A stretch of 43,939 bases of DNA from Clostridia bacterium (GTDB lineage: Bacteria; Bacillota; Clostridia; Oscillospirales; CAG-272): assembly GCA_017628875.1 (NCBI GenBank), contig JAGBYG010000162.1:1-43939 (forward strand). The letters run 5' to 3'. The position numbers were made by a program, and so were the translations under genes. This document shows positions 17,618 through 27,050 of the stretch, piece by piece. Position 1 is the first letter of the stretch. Each line of letters opens with the position of its first letter. The notes beneath the pieces are model-generated. The model saw nothing but the letters and a program-made list of their open reading frames with translations, made no database searches and was not told where the DNA came from.

Positions 17618-18133
17618 ATGAATGCAATGAATAGAAGATTTTCATCAAGCGAGCCTGCAGTGGCTTTTTCGGGAGTATTTAACAGTTGTCCTATATGTTC
17701 GAAGCTCCCACGATACACTCATTCAAGTTGCGGCGGATACCATTTGTCGTGTTGCGGAATACGAACAAAAAGTTGTGTGCCTAATTTGACCAAGGAAAAT
17801 GCCAACTTTTTGCGCGAAGAGTGGAATTCAATTGTGGTAAATTCAGAACTTAGCCCCAACTTTGTTAAAAAGTACAATATGGGGAACGGCGATTTGGTAA
17901 TCGTTCGTTCCGGTGACAGTTCCATATTTGCCTCATACGATGATATGGACGATGCTTTGGCTTGCTTGAAACAAGAAATGAAAAAGGATTTTACGATTGA
18001 CTATGACTTGACTCAGCTTGTTAGAATTCAAAACGGCAATTTCGTGGTAGCTCACATAGCAACAAGCAAAGTTTTGTCCTATGTTGGAAACTGGGACGGT
18101 TTCAAGTATGAATTGATGATGCCGGTAGAATAA
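17618..18133 (+). CDS. Lar-like zinc-finger protein with a C-terminal extension
   Basis: CPICSKLP...CCG...EEWN; paralog of 417..923; RBS GAAAGGA. Confidence 0.65.
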   Translation: MNAMNRRFSSSEPAVAFSGVFNSCPICSKLPRYTHSSCGGYHLSCCGIRTKSCVPNLTKENANFLREEWNSIVVNSELSPNFVKKYNMGNGDLVIVRSGDSSIFASYDDMDDALACLKQEMKKDFTIDYDLTQLVRIQNGNFVVAHIATSKVLSYVGNWDGFKYELMMPVE

Positions 18134-18139
18134 CAAAGA

Positions 18140-18165
18140 AGCACACCCACTTCGATGGGTGTGCT
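18140..18165 (+). terminator. Hairpin after the Lar-like pair
   Basis: AGCACACCCA-cttcga-TGGGTGTGCT; no clear U-tract on the + strand. Confidence 0.55.
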
Positions 18166-18336
18166 CAAAGAAACTAAAACAATGTTTAAAAACAGGTAGT
18201 ACTGTTTTTATATAATATTCTCTTTTTGTTTTCCCTCAGCCATTGCGGGCTGGGGGAATATTCTTTTTAGGGAACATTTATATATTAATTTGTATAGTTT
18301 GTTCCCCAAATTTTATTTTTTCTCTCTCATCTCTCC

Positions 18337-18418
18337 TCAATTCAAATGAAAGAAAAGAAGCAAGTAAGAATGAAAGAGTTTTGGACATGGTCACTTGCGA
18401 ACTTTCATACTTATAGTA
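18337..18418 (+). repeat. Non-coding imperfect direct repeat, copy 1
   Basis: 64/82 identities with 41691-41771 by manual alignment. Confidence 0.85.
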
Positions 18419-18600
18419 AGAATTTATAGCGATGCTATAACAATAGTACCAACTGCGGTGATTAACGAAAAATGTGGAGACAACAAAAGCATTTCTTTGG
18501 GACGAATTAAAAACTTAGGTTTCGTTGCAAAAACTTATAGTGAAATCAAGGCGGAAATTGATATGATAATCGACAATATACAATAGAAAGGAGTGCGCTT

Positions 18601-18744
18601 ATGCCACTTCAAATTATAAGACAAGACATAACTTTAATGGAGTTTGGTATTAGATATTATGTAACTTTTAAGACTTTAGAGGACAAAAACAGAGTGTTTG
18701 ATGATAGTATAAAAAAAGCTTGCAAAGAGAAAACGAAAATGTAA
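18601..18744 (+). pseudogene. Probable deleted remnant of a macro-domain gene
   Basis: RBS GAAAGGAG; the 47-aa ORF begins MPLQIIRQDIT, like clostridial macro-domain N-termini, then diverges. Confidence 0.5.
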
Positions 18745-18761
18745 ATAATATAAATAGTTAG

Positions 18762-18792
18762 AAAGCGGTCTTGTAATCAAGACCGCTTTTTT
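18762..18792 (+). terminator. Intrinsic terminator
   Basis: AAAGCGGTCTTG-taat-CAAGACCGCTTT plus a T-tract. Confidence 0.85.
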
Positions 18793-18954
18793 GTAGCTTT
18801 TTGTTCCAAATTTATCCTTTTTTACCATATTTTTTATATAAAGCAAACAAAAATCATAGTTTTATTATAGTGTATGATATAAATCTTAAACGATTTTCAA
18901 AAACATATATGTTATAATGTAACTGAAGAACTTTATTTACAAAGAGAGGAAAAT

Positions 18955-19941
18955 ATGAGAGTAGGTATTATTGGAATTGGTGCTATTGCGCAATTACATA
19001 TCCCGGCATTGCTTAATGCTGAACAGGACATTGTTGCCCTTTGTGATATTAAATTAGATAGATGCTTGAAGGCTATTGAGAAATTTGAACTTAAAGCTAA
19101 ATCATACGAGGATTATAAGGAAATGATTGAGAAGGAAAATCTTGATGTTGTTCACGTTTGTACTCCTCATCATCTTCACGCAGAGATGATTTGCTCTGCA
19201 CTTGATCACAACGTAAATGTTTTGTGTGAAAAGCCTATAGCCATTAATTATGAACAGCTTGATATGATAAAAGCCTCTGTTGAAAAATCAAGCGCACAGC
19301 TTGGTGTATGTCAACAGAATAGATTTAAGGCGTCCATGCAATATGTTAAAGAACTTTTTGATGGTGAAGAAATCACTGCGGGTAGTGGATATCTGTGCTG
19401 GCAGAGAGATAAAAATTATTACTTGAGTGAAGATTGGCGCGGTCAAAAGGAAACCGAAGGTGGTGGTGTTGTAATTAATCAGGCATTGCATACATTGGAT
19501 ATGCTTCAGTGGTTTTGTGGTATGCCCAAGTCAGTTATTGCTCACACCTCTTGCGATACACTTAAGGATATTATCAACGTTGAAGAAACTGCATTTGCTA
19601 TATTTAATCTTCCTAACGGAGGACGTTTTATCTTGAATGCAACAAATTCAAATACATTCAGCTTTCCGATAACGATTATGCTTCATTCCAAGACCAAGAA
19701 TGTTGTGATTGTTGATGACAATATTATTTACAACGGTCAGTTTGTAACTCGAAGTGACGGCTTGCCATTGTTTGGCAAAGAGGTTTGGGGTGTAGGCCAC
19801 ATAATACTTATCAAGGAATTTTACGGAGCATTGGCAGAGGGTAGAAAATTCCATCTTGATTTTGAAGAAGCTCAAAAGGTTGTTAAGCTCTTGTTGGCAC
19901 TTTACGAATCCGAGGGCAAGGAAATTACTATTAGGGGGTAA
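18955..19941 (+). CDS. Gfo/Idh/MocA family NAD(P) oxidoreductase
   Basis: GIGAIA, CTPHHLH, CEKP and NQALHTLD motifs. Confidence 0.93.
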   Translation: MRVGIIGIGAIAQLHIPALLNAEQDIVALCDIKLDRCLKAIEKFELKAKSYEDYKEMIEKENLDVVHVCTPHHLHAEMICSALDHNVNVLCEKPIAINYEQLDMIKASVEKSSAQLGVCQQNRFKASMQYVKELFDGEEITAGSGYLCWQRDKNYYLSEDWRGQKETEGGGVVINQALHTLDMLQWFCGMPKSVIAHTSCDTLKDIINVEETAFAIFNLPNGGRFILNATNSNTFSFPITIMLHSKTKNVVIVDDNIIYNGQFVTRSDGLPLFGKEVWGVGHIILIKEFYGALAEGRKFHLDFEEAQKVVKLLLALYESEGKEITIRG

Positions 19942-19944
19942 ATT

Positions 19945-20823
19945 ATGAAGAGAATTGCTTTTTTGGGTTGTGAAAATTCACATTCCGCAACATTTTTGAA
20001 TTTTATAAAGAACGATGAAAAGTTTGCTGACGTTGATGTTGTTGGTGTATATAGCCACGATAGAACAGCGGCAGATAATCTTGGTGCAAAATACGATGTA
20101 CCTGTACTTGACGATTACGCAGATGCTGTTGGCAAGGTTGACGGTGTTGTTATTACAGCAAGACACGGTGACAATCACCTTAAATATGCGCGTCCCTATA
20201 TGCAAAAGGGAATGACGATTTTTATGGATAAACCCATTACCGTAAGCGAAGAAGATGCACTTGAATTTGCTCATCTTGCAATGCAGAATGGCGTAAAGGT
20301 TACAGGCGGTTCCTCATTAAGACTTGAAGCTTGGGTTAAGGAACTTAAAGGTGACGCCGAAGAAAACAAGGGTGGGGAAACACTCAGTGGTTTTGTTAGA
20401 TGTCCAATGAGCTACACTAACGTTAACGGTGGTTTCTTCTTCTATTCACAGCATCTTGTTGAGATAGTTGGTGAAATTTTCGGGCGCTATCCCAAATCTG
20501 TTAAAGCGTTTATGAACGGTAAAAAGCTCACTGTTGTATTCCGTTATGAAAATTATGATGTAACAGGACTTTTCGTTGATGAAAGCTATAATAGTTATTA
20601 TGCAATGAGAGCAGTTGAAAACGAGGTTAAGGGAGCTTCTTTCCCCGTTACAGGAAGTAGTCCTTGCTTTAGAGAAGAATTTGATGAATTTTATGATGTT
20701 CTTTCCAGAGCAGAGCAGGTTATTAATTTTGAAGATTTCATTGCCCCTGTGTTTGTTATGAATGCAATCAAACGATCTATCGATAGCGGAAATGAAGAGT
20801 ATGTCAAGGAGTTTATTTTATAA
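19945..20823 (+). CDS. Gfo/Idh/MocA family oxidoreductase (DKP subtype)
   Basis: GCENSH, FMDKP, GGSSLR and FFYSQH motifs. Confidence 0.88.
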   Translation: MKRIAFLGCENSHSATFLNFIKNDEKFADVDVVGVYSHDRTAADNLGAKYDVPVLDDYADAVGKVDGVVITARHGDNHLKYARPYMQKGMTIFMDKPITVSEEDALEFAHLAMQNGVKVTGGSSLRLEAWVKELKGDAEENKGGETLSGFVRCPMSYTNVNGGFFFYSQHLVEIVGEIFGRYPKSVKAFMNGKKLTVVFRYENYDVTGLFVDESYNSYYAMRAVENEVKGASFPVTGSSPCFREEFDEFYDVLSRAEQVINFEDFIAPVFVMNAIKRSIDSGNEEYVKEFIL

Positions 20824-21671
20824 TGAAGGATATTAGATTGTCGGCGTTTATTGATGAATATTCCGACGAATTGGACGTACAAATTGAAGCACTTAAAAGA
20901 TATGGTATAGAGTACGTCGAGCTTCGTCACTGTAACGGTAAAAACGTTGCAGATTTCACAACGGAAGACATAATGACTATTAAAAATGCATTCGATGAAG
21001 CGGGCATAAAGGTTTCTGCGATAGGATCTCCTCTTGGTAAAATTGCTATTGAGGGAGATATTGATGCACACCTTGTTATTGCAAGAAGAGTTTTTGCGAT
21101 GGCTAATGTTCTTGGAGTTAAAAATATTAGAATGTTTAGCTTCTATCTTCCCGCAGGATCAAATCCTAAGGATTATAGAGAACAGGTAATTTCTAATTTA
21201 CAAAAGCTTATAGATGTTGCAGACGAATATGGTGTTGTTCTTTGTCACGAGAATGAGGCGGCAATTTATGGGGAAAACCCTGAAAACTGCCTTGACTTGT
21301 TAGAGCATTTTGGAGGCAAATTGAAATGTGTTTTTGATATGGGCAATTTTGTGCTTGACGGATATGAACCATATCCTCACGCATTTAATATGTTGAAAGA
21401 GTATATAGAATATTTTCACATTAAAGATGCGTTGTATCAGGGAGCAATCGTTCCTGCTGGTGTTGGTGAAGCATCAATTAAAGAAATTCTTAAGGATTAT
21501 ACCACAAATTACTCAAAAGATGTCTGTGTTACTATTGAGCCACATCTTCAGACGTTTGCAGGACTTAATGCGCTTGTTGGTAAAGCGTTTGAAAATCCAT
21601 ACAAATATGAAAATCAGCAGGTTGCATTTGATGATGACGTGGAAAAATTTCGCGAGCTTATCGGAGGTTAA
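20823..21671 (+). CDS. Sugar phosphate isomerase/epimerase (xylose-isomerase-like TIM barrel)
   Basis: HENE, FDMGNF, HIKD and IEPH metal-binding motifs. Confidence 0.9.
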   Translation: MKDIRLSAFIDEYSDELDVQIEALKRYGIEYVELRHCNGKNVADFTTEDIMTIKNAFDEAGIKVSAIGSPLGKIAIEGDIDAHLVIARRVFAMANVLGVKNIRMFSFYLPAGSNPKDYREQVISNLQKLIDVADEYGVVLCHENEAAIYGENPENCLDLLEHFGGKLKCVFDMGNFVLDGYEPYPHAFNMLKEYIEYFHIKDALYQGAIVPAGVGEASIKEILKDYTTNYSKDVCVTIEPHLQTFAGLNALVGKAFENPYKYENQQVAFDDDVEKFRELIGG

Positions 21672-21672
21672 T

Positions 21673-22431
21673 ATGAAAACTTATTTGGTAGATAAATTAC
21701 AGGTGAAAATTTTTGAAAACAGAACTTTGATGGGTGAGGACGCAGCTCGTGATATTAAGAACAAGATTTGCGAGCTTTTATCTCAAAAAGAGCAAATCAA
21801 TATGATTTTTGCAGCTGCTCCTTCTCAAAACGACGTTCTCAAATCTCTCGTTGAAGATACAAGCATTGAATGGAACAGAGTAAATGCATATCATATGGAC
21901 GAGTATATCGGACTTGACAAAAATGCTCCTCAAGGATTTGGTAATTTCCTTAAGGATCACATCTTTGGCCTTGTTCCTTTTAATAGTGTAAATTACATAG
22001 ATATTTCTGCCAAAGATCCCGAGGCAGAGGCGGACAGATATGCGAAATTGTTGAAGGATAACCCCACGGATATTGTCGTTATGGGCATTGGTGAAAACGG
22101 ACATATTGCATTTAACGATCCGCCTGTAGCTGATTTTAATGATGCGAAATTGGTAAAGCCCGTTAAGCTTGACGAGATTTGCAGAAATCAGCAGGTTAAT
22201 GACGGTTGCTTTGCTTCAATTGAAGAAGTTCCTACTCACGCTATGACTTTGACTGTTCCTGCATTGGTATCAGCCCCATATTTATTCTGTATTGTTCCTG
22301 CACCCACAAAGGCAAATGCGGTATATGAAACACTTAACGGTAGCATTGACGAGCATTGTCCTGCAAGCATTTTGAGACGTCAGGATAACGCAATTTTGTA
22401 CTTGGACGCAGATAGCGCGAAATTATTATGA
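21673..22431 (+). CDS. Glucosamine-6-phosphate deaminase-like protein (NagB family)
   Basis: HMDEY and MGIGENGHIAFNDP; AAAPSQ variant; start re-assigned to ATG 21673 after GGAGG. Confidence 0.85.
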   Translation: MKTYLVDKLQVKIFENRTLMGEDAARDIKNKICELLSQKEQINMIFAAAPSQNDVLKSLVEDTSIEWNRVNAYHMDEYIGLDKNAPQGFGNFLKDHIFGLVPFNSVNYIDISAKDPEAEADRYAKLLKDNPTDIVVMGIGENGHIAFNDPPVADFNDAKLVKPVKLDEICRNQQVNDGCFASIEEVPTHAMTLTVPALVSAPYLFCIVPAPTKANAVYETLNGSIDEHCPASILRRQDNAILYLDADSAKLL

Positions 22432-23576
22432 TTAGAATTAAAAGTAAAAAAATAATAACTCCCGACGGAGTTATTAACGGATACGTTTATATTGAAAACG
22501 GCAAAATAGTTGATATTTCCGCTGAAGAAAAATCTGCAGGTGAGAGTTATGATTTTGGAGAAAAATTCGTTTCTCCCGGATTTATTGATATGCATACTCA
22601 CGGTGGTGGTGGACACGCATTTATGAATAGCACAGTTGATGACGTCATAAGCGGTTCAAATCTTCATCTTAAGCACGGAACAACGACTATCGTTCCCACA
22701 ATTTCCGCGGGTTCGTTTGAAACAATGAAAAATGCCGTTGTAAATATTGACAAGGCAATGAAGGACGAAAGATCCAACGGAATTATACTTGGTGCACATC
22801 TTGAAGGCCCGTATCTTTCGGCTAAGCAGTGCGGTGCTCAGTGTCCGGTGTTTATTACAAAGCCCATTGCAAAGGATTATATTCCGTTGATTGAAGAATA
22901 TGGAGATAGCATTGTTCGTTGGACTTATGCCCCCGAAAACGATGATAATGGTGCGTTTTGCAAGTATTTGACCTCTCATGGTATTATTGCATCTGCGGGT
23001 CATACTGATGCAAAATATGAGGATATGTCAGTTGCAATTGATAACGGTTGTAATTTGATTACTCATTTGTATTCTTGTACTTCAACTGTAACAAGAGATC
23101 ACGGTTTCCGCAGCCTTGGTGTTATTGAATCTGCATTTCTTCGTGATGAGCTCTTTGTTGAGATTATTGCTGACGGAAAGCATTTACCCTCAGACCTTAT
23201 AAAAATGATAGTTAAGGTGAAGGGAACTGATAGAGTAGCCTTGATAACTGATAGCTTAGAGATAGCTGACACCGATATTAAGGAAGGTGTGATGAGCGGT
23301 ACTGAATTTATTGTTGAAGACGGTGTTTGCAAGCTAAAAGATAGGTCTGCATTCGCCGGAAGTGTGGCAACTGCAGACCGTTTAGTAAGGGTTATGGTTA
23401 AGGATTGTGGTTATGAGACACCGCTTGCTGTTAAAATGATAACTCAAATTCCCGCTAAAATATTGGGAATTAACAAGGGTGAAATAGCTGTTGGCAAAGA
23501 CGCCGATATAGTTGTATTTGATGATGATATCAATATAGAAAAAGTATTTGTTGCGGGTAAGAAAATCAATTTTTAG
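22428..23576 (+). CDS. nagA: N-acetylglucosamine-6-phosphate deacetylase
   Basis: PGFIDMHTHG, HLEGPY, GHT, THLY, IADGKH and ITD motifs. Confidence 0.9.
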   Translation: MIRIKSKKIITPDGVINGYVYIENGKIVDISAEEKSAGESYDFGEKFVSPGFIDMHTHGGGGHAFMNSTVDDVISGSNLHLKHGTTTIVPTISAGSFETMKNAVVNIDKAMKDERSNGIILGAHLEGPYLSAKQCGAQCPVFITKPIAKDYIPLIEEYGDSIVRWTYAPENDDNGAFCKYLTSHGIIASAGHTDAKYEDMSVAIDNGCNLITHLYSCTSTVTRDHGFRSLGVIESAFLRDELFVEIIADGKHLPSDLIKMIVKVKGTDRVALITDSLEIADTDIKEGVMSGTEFIVEDGVCKLKDRSAFAGSVATADRLVRVMVKDCGYETPLAVKMITQIPAKILGINKGEIAVGKDADIVVFDDDINIEKVFVAGKKINF

Positions 23577-24378
23577 TTGTTTCTTCGGATGGTGGATATC
23601 CAAAAAAGTCAACGTATCTTTGATAAAAAGATATATAGTTGTTAAAGCCGCATTTTTCAAATATTACGGTAGGATGTTCACCATTGCGCAATAATTTTTG
23701 AGCATAGAGTAATCTTTTAGATGTGATATATTTTTTAGGAGATACCTTCATTTCCTCTTTGAAAAGACGGAAAAAGTGATTTTCTGAAATGAAAATATAG
23801 TCGCAAACTTCTTTAATATCTTTTATGGTAAAGAGGTTTTTATTGATATAAGCGAGTGCATCTTCAATTACCTTTGAAGTTGGATCGTGATCTTGGGTTA
23901 CAAGAGAGTCGTTTATTAAAAGATTATAACACACCTCAGTGAGAAGATTGTTCAGCAAAATTTTAAAATCTTCTTTTGTAAGATGTTCCTTGTATATATC
24001 CATTTTCTTGAAGCAATCAATTATTATGGGTATATTGGAACAGTTAATTACTTCAAATTTATCTAAAAGCTTGTCTAATAAAGGTGTGATTTGCGAATCG
24101 GGTGTTATAAGAATATCATATCGGTCATATTTTTCATTTGTGTTGATGTCAATGTTATGATAATTCCAAGGTTTTGTGATAATTAAGTCATACTTGTTAA
24201 GGGAGTATATCTTTTCTTCAATTTGATAGCTTCCGGAGCCCGAAACAAAAAAGATTATCTCATAATCGTTATGACAATGTGTATAAAATTTTGAATGAGG
24301 TATGCTGACCTTATGCTGAAAATAAAGATTTGAAGTGAAGTCTTCGAATCTGCTTATGGGCATTCTTTCATTTGTCAT
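23566..24378 (-). CDS. AraC-family transcriptional regulator
   Basis: Cupin HCHNDYE; C-terminal FFRLFK...CGFNNYISFY...FGYPP. Confidence 0.93.
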   Translation of the reverse strand: MTNERMPISRFEDFTSNLYFQHKVSIPHSKFYTHCHNDYEIIFFVSGSGSYQIEEKIYSLNKYDLIITKPWNYHNIDINTNEKYDRYDILITPDSQITPLLDKLLDKFEVINCSNIPIIIDCFKKMDIYKEHLTKEDFKILLNNLLTEVCYNLLINDSLVTQDHDPTSKVIEDALAYINKNLFTIKDIKEVCDYIFISENHFFRLFKEEMKVSPKKYITSKRLLYAQKLLRNGEHPTVIFEKCGFNNYISFYQRYVDFFGYPPSEETTKN

Positions 24379-24473
24379 TATAATCCCTCCTTTTGTAGAA
24401 TTATATCACATTTTGCAAATAAAATCAATAGAATTTTGATAGTTTTATTAATGTAATAGCGCATTTTTACATA

Positions 24474-24561
24474 TTTACATTTATATTTATTTGGATTACA
24501 ATGAAGCTATAAGTATTAATTAACTATTTTAACCTATATTTGCACACACTAATTGTGCAAA
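24474..24561 (+). promoter_or_regulatory. Promoter of the glycan-uptake operon with a downstream inverted repeat
   Basis: TTTACA-17-TACAAT (24474-24502); TTTGCACA-N7-TGTGCAAA (24539-24561). Confidence 0.6.
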
Positions 24562-24587
24562 ATACACAAAAAGAAAAGAGGTTTTTT

Positions 24588-25661
24588 ATGAAAAAGTTAA
24601 ATTTGGCGATTATCGGTCAAGGCCGAAGTGGTAAGGATATCCACGGAAAATACTATATTTCTTCCGATAATGAATTATTTAACGTGAAGTATGTTGTTGA
24701 TGCCGATGAATATCGCAGACAAGTGTCCTTGGAAAGATATCCAGGATGCCAGGTTCTTGCAGATTATAGCGAATTGTTTGGCAAAGACGATATTGACTTG
24801 GTAGTAAATGCATCATATTCCGAGATGCACTACTCAATAACAAAGGATTTGTTGCTTCACGGCTTCAACGTTCTTGTTGAAAAGCCTTTTGCAAGAAATC
24901 AGGTTGAATGTGAAGATCTTATTCGCATTTCAAAGGAAAAGGGTGTTGTTTTGGCAGTGTTCCAGCAGACATTCTTTGCTCCGTTCTATCAAGATATCTT
25001 GAATATTATTGACTCCGGTATTCTTGGTGACATTCTTCAGGTTACTATCAGATATAACGGTTTCTCAAGAAGATGGGACTGGCAGACATTGCAAAAGAGA
25101 ATGGGTGGTAATGCCTATAACACAGGTCCCCACCCCATAGGCATTGCGTTGGGTATTCTTGGATTCGACGATAACACTCAGGTTGTGTTCAGTAAGATGG
25201 CAACAAGTAAAATGTCAAGCGGTGACTATGATGACTACTGCAAGATTATTTTGTCTACACCTAATAAGCCCGTTGTTGATATTGAAATCAATAACACAGA
25301 TGGATATACACCTTACAATGTAAAATTGCAGGGAACAAATGGTTGCTTTAAGTGTAACACAACAACATGTGAATACAAGTATATTATAGACGGTGAAAAC
25401 CCCGAACGTCCCGTTCAAGAAACCTTTATGCAGAATGAAGAGGGAAATCCAATTTATTGCGGTGAAAAACTTATTGTTCACGAGGTAAAGGGTAACTATA
25501 ACGGAACTGCTTTTGACGTTGGTACAGCTAAATTGTACGAAGATGTTTATAAAGCAATCGTAGAGGGTAAGGAACTTTACGTTACTCCCGAAAAAGCACA
25601 AAAGATTGTGGCTGTTATTGAAACTGCGCACGCGCAAAATCATTTGCCGAGAAAATATTAA
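24588..25661 (+). CDS. Gfo/Idh/MocA family oxidoreductase
   Basis: GQGRSG, VEKP, RRWDWQT and NTGPH motifs; start re-assigned to ATG 24588. Confidence 0.9.
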   Translation: MKKLNLAIIGQGRSGKDIHGKYYISSDNELFNVKYVVDADEYRRQVSLERYPGCQVLADYSELFGKDDIDLVVNASYSEMHYSITKDLLLHGFNVLVEKPFARNQVECEDLIRISKEKGVVLAVFQQTFFAPFYQDILNIIDSGILGDILQVTIRYNGFSRRWDWQTLQKRMGGNAYNTGPHPIGIALGILGFDDNTQVVFSKMATSKMSSGDYDDYCKIILSTPNKPVVDIEINNTDGYTPYNVKLQGTNGCFKCNTTTCEYKYIIDGENPERPVQETFMQNEEGNPIYCGEKLIVHEVKGNYNGTAFDVGTAKLYEDVYKAIVEGKELYVTPEKAQKIVAVIETAHAQNHLPRKY

Positions 25662-25675
25662 TAAGGGGTGCGCTT

Positions 25676-27037
25676 ATGTATGAAGAGTTGATTTTCCCGA
25701 AGGGGTTTGTTTTCGGTGCAGCTACTGCCGCTCTTCAGGTTGAAGGTGATAGAGCAGGTCGAGGTGATTGCATTTGGGACGATTATTGTTCTAAGCCGGG
25801 CAATATTTTAGATGGAACAAATGTTGACGTTGCCTGTGATCACGTTCACAGATATAAAGAGGACGTGGCAATTATGAAGAAGATGGGACTTGATGCATAT
25901 CGTTTCTCAATTTCTTGGCCAAGAATATTTCCTGATGATAGCGGAGTGCCCAATCAAGCAGGAGTTGAGTTTTACAACAATCTTATTGATGAATTGCTCA
26001 AAAACGGTATTGAACCTTATATAACTCTCTTCCACTGGGAGCTTCCTACTTATATTCAAAGAGTGGGTGGTTGGAGTAATCCGACTATTGCCGATAAGTT
26101 TGGGGATTTTGCTCGTTTCGTTGGTCAAACCTACGGAGATAGAGTTAAAAAGTATATCACTTTCAATGAACCACAAAGCTTTTTGGGATATGGATATAGA
26201 AGAGGAAGCCATCCTCCGTCTCTTAAAATGACGGACAAGGAATACTTGTACGCAATTCATAATTTCTTTAGAGCTCACGGCATGGCAGTTAGAGCATTGA
26301 GAGCGACTGTTGAAAATGCGGAAATTGGTATTACGATGTCAACCAATGCTAACTATCCTGCAAGCAATAGCCCTGAGGATATCGAAGCTGCAAAGATGAG
26401 TAATCTTGATATTGTAAATGACGATGGTTTCATTATGAATATCGTGCATTGGTGCGATCCTATTTATTTCGGTAAATATCCCGATAAGGCTTATGAGGTG
26501 TTCGGAGACGATATGCCCTATATGTCCGAAGAGGACTCGAAATTAATTTCTGAGCCGCTTGACTTCCACGGTCAAAACTGCTATTGCTCATCGATGATTA
26601 AGTCCGATGGCAAGGGCGGTTATGAGGTTGCAAAGCGCCCGCTTGGTAGTGCTAAAAACTCATTGAACTGGCCGGTAACACCGGAAGCCATAGGTTCTGT
26701 GTGCAAAATATTATATGAAAGATATGGCAAACCTATTTACATTACTGAAAATGGTATTTGCTGTAATGACTGGATATGTGAAGATGGAGAGGTTCACGAT
26801 AGCTATCGTGTGGATTTCTATCACAAGTATCTTAAAAATTTGAATGAGGCGATTAAGGACGGTGCAGACGTCCGTGGCTATTTTGCTTGGTCTTTGATGG
26901 ACAACTTCGAGTGGACCAAGGGATATACCGCTCGCTTTGGAATCGTGTACGTTGACTACGATACACAAGAAAGAATCCCTAAGGATTCAGCTAAGTTTTA
27001 TTCTGAGATAATCAGATTAAATAAATCAAATCGATAA
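25676..27037 (+). CDS. Glycoside hydrolase family 1 (beta-glucosidase-like)
   Basis: YRFSISWPRI, TFNEP, ITENG and WSLMDNFEW motifs. Confidence 0.96.
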   Translation: MYEELIFPKGFVFGAATAALQVEGDRAGRGDCIWDDYCSKPGNILDGTNVDVACDHVHRYKEDVAIMKKMGLDAYRFSISWPRIFPDDSGVPNQAGVEFYNNLIDELLKNGIEPYITLFHWELPTYIQRVGGWSNPTIADKFGDFARFVGQTYGDRVKKYITFNEPQSFLGYGYRRGSHPPSLKMTDKEYLYAIHNFFRAHGMAVRALRATVENAEIGITMSTNANYPASNSPEDIEAAKMSNLDIVNDDGFIMNIVHWCDPIYFGKYPDKAYEVFGDDMPYMSEEDSKLISEPLDFHGQNCYCSSMIKSDGKGGYEVAKRPLGSAKNSLNWPVTPEAIGSVCKILYERYGKPIYITENGICCNDWICEDGEVHDSYRVDFYHKYLKNLNEAIKDGADVRGYFAWSLMDNFEWTKGYTARFGIVYVDYDTQERIPKDSAKFYSEIIRLNKSNR

Positions 27038-27050
27038 GGAGAAAATTATC

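Noticed and set aside
18230-18270. Hairpin TTCCCTCAGCC-attgcg-GGCTGGGGGAA as a riboswitch
   Set aside because: No aptamer consensus recognised; it is more simply an orphan terminator-like stem.
21427-21672. N-terminal extension of the NagB-like ORF
   Set aside because: It overlaps the isomerase gene; the GGAGG RBS supports ATG 21673.
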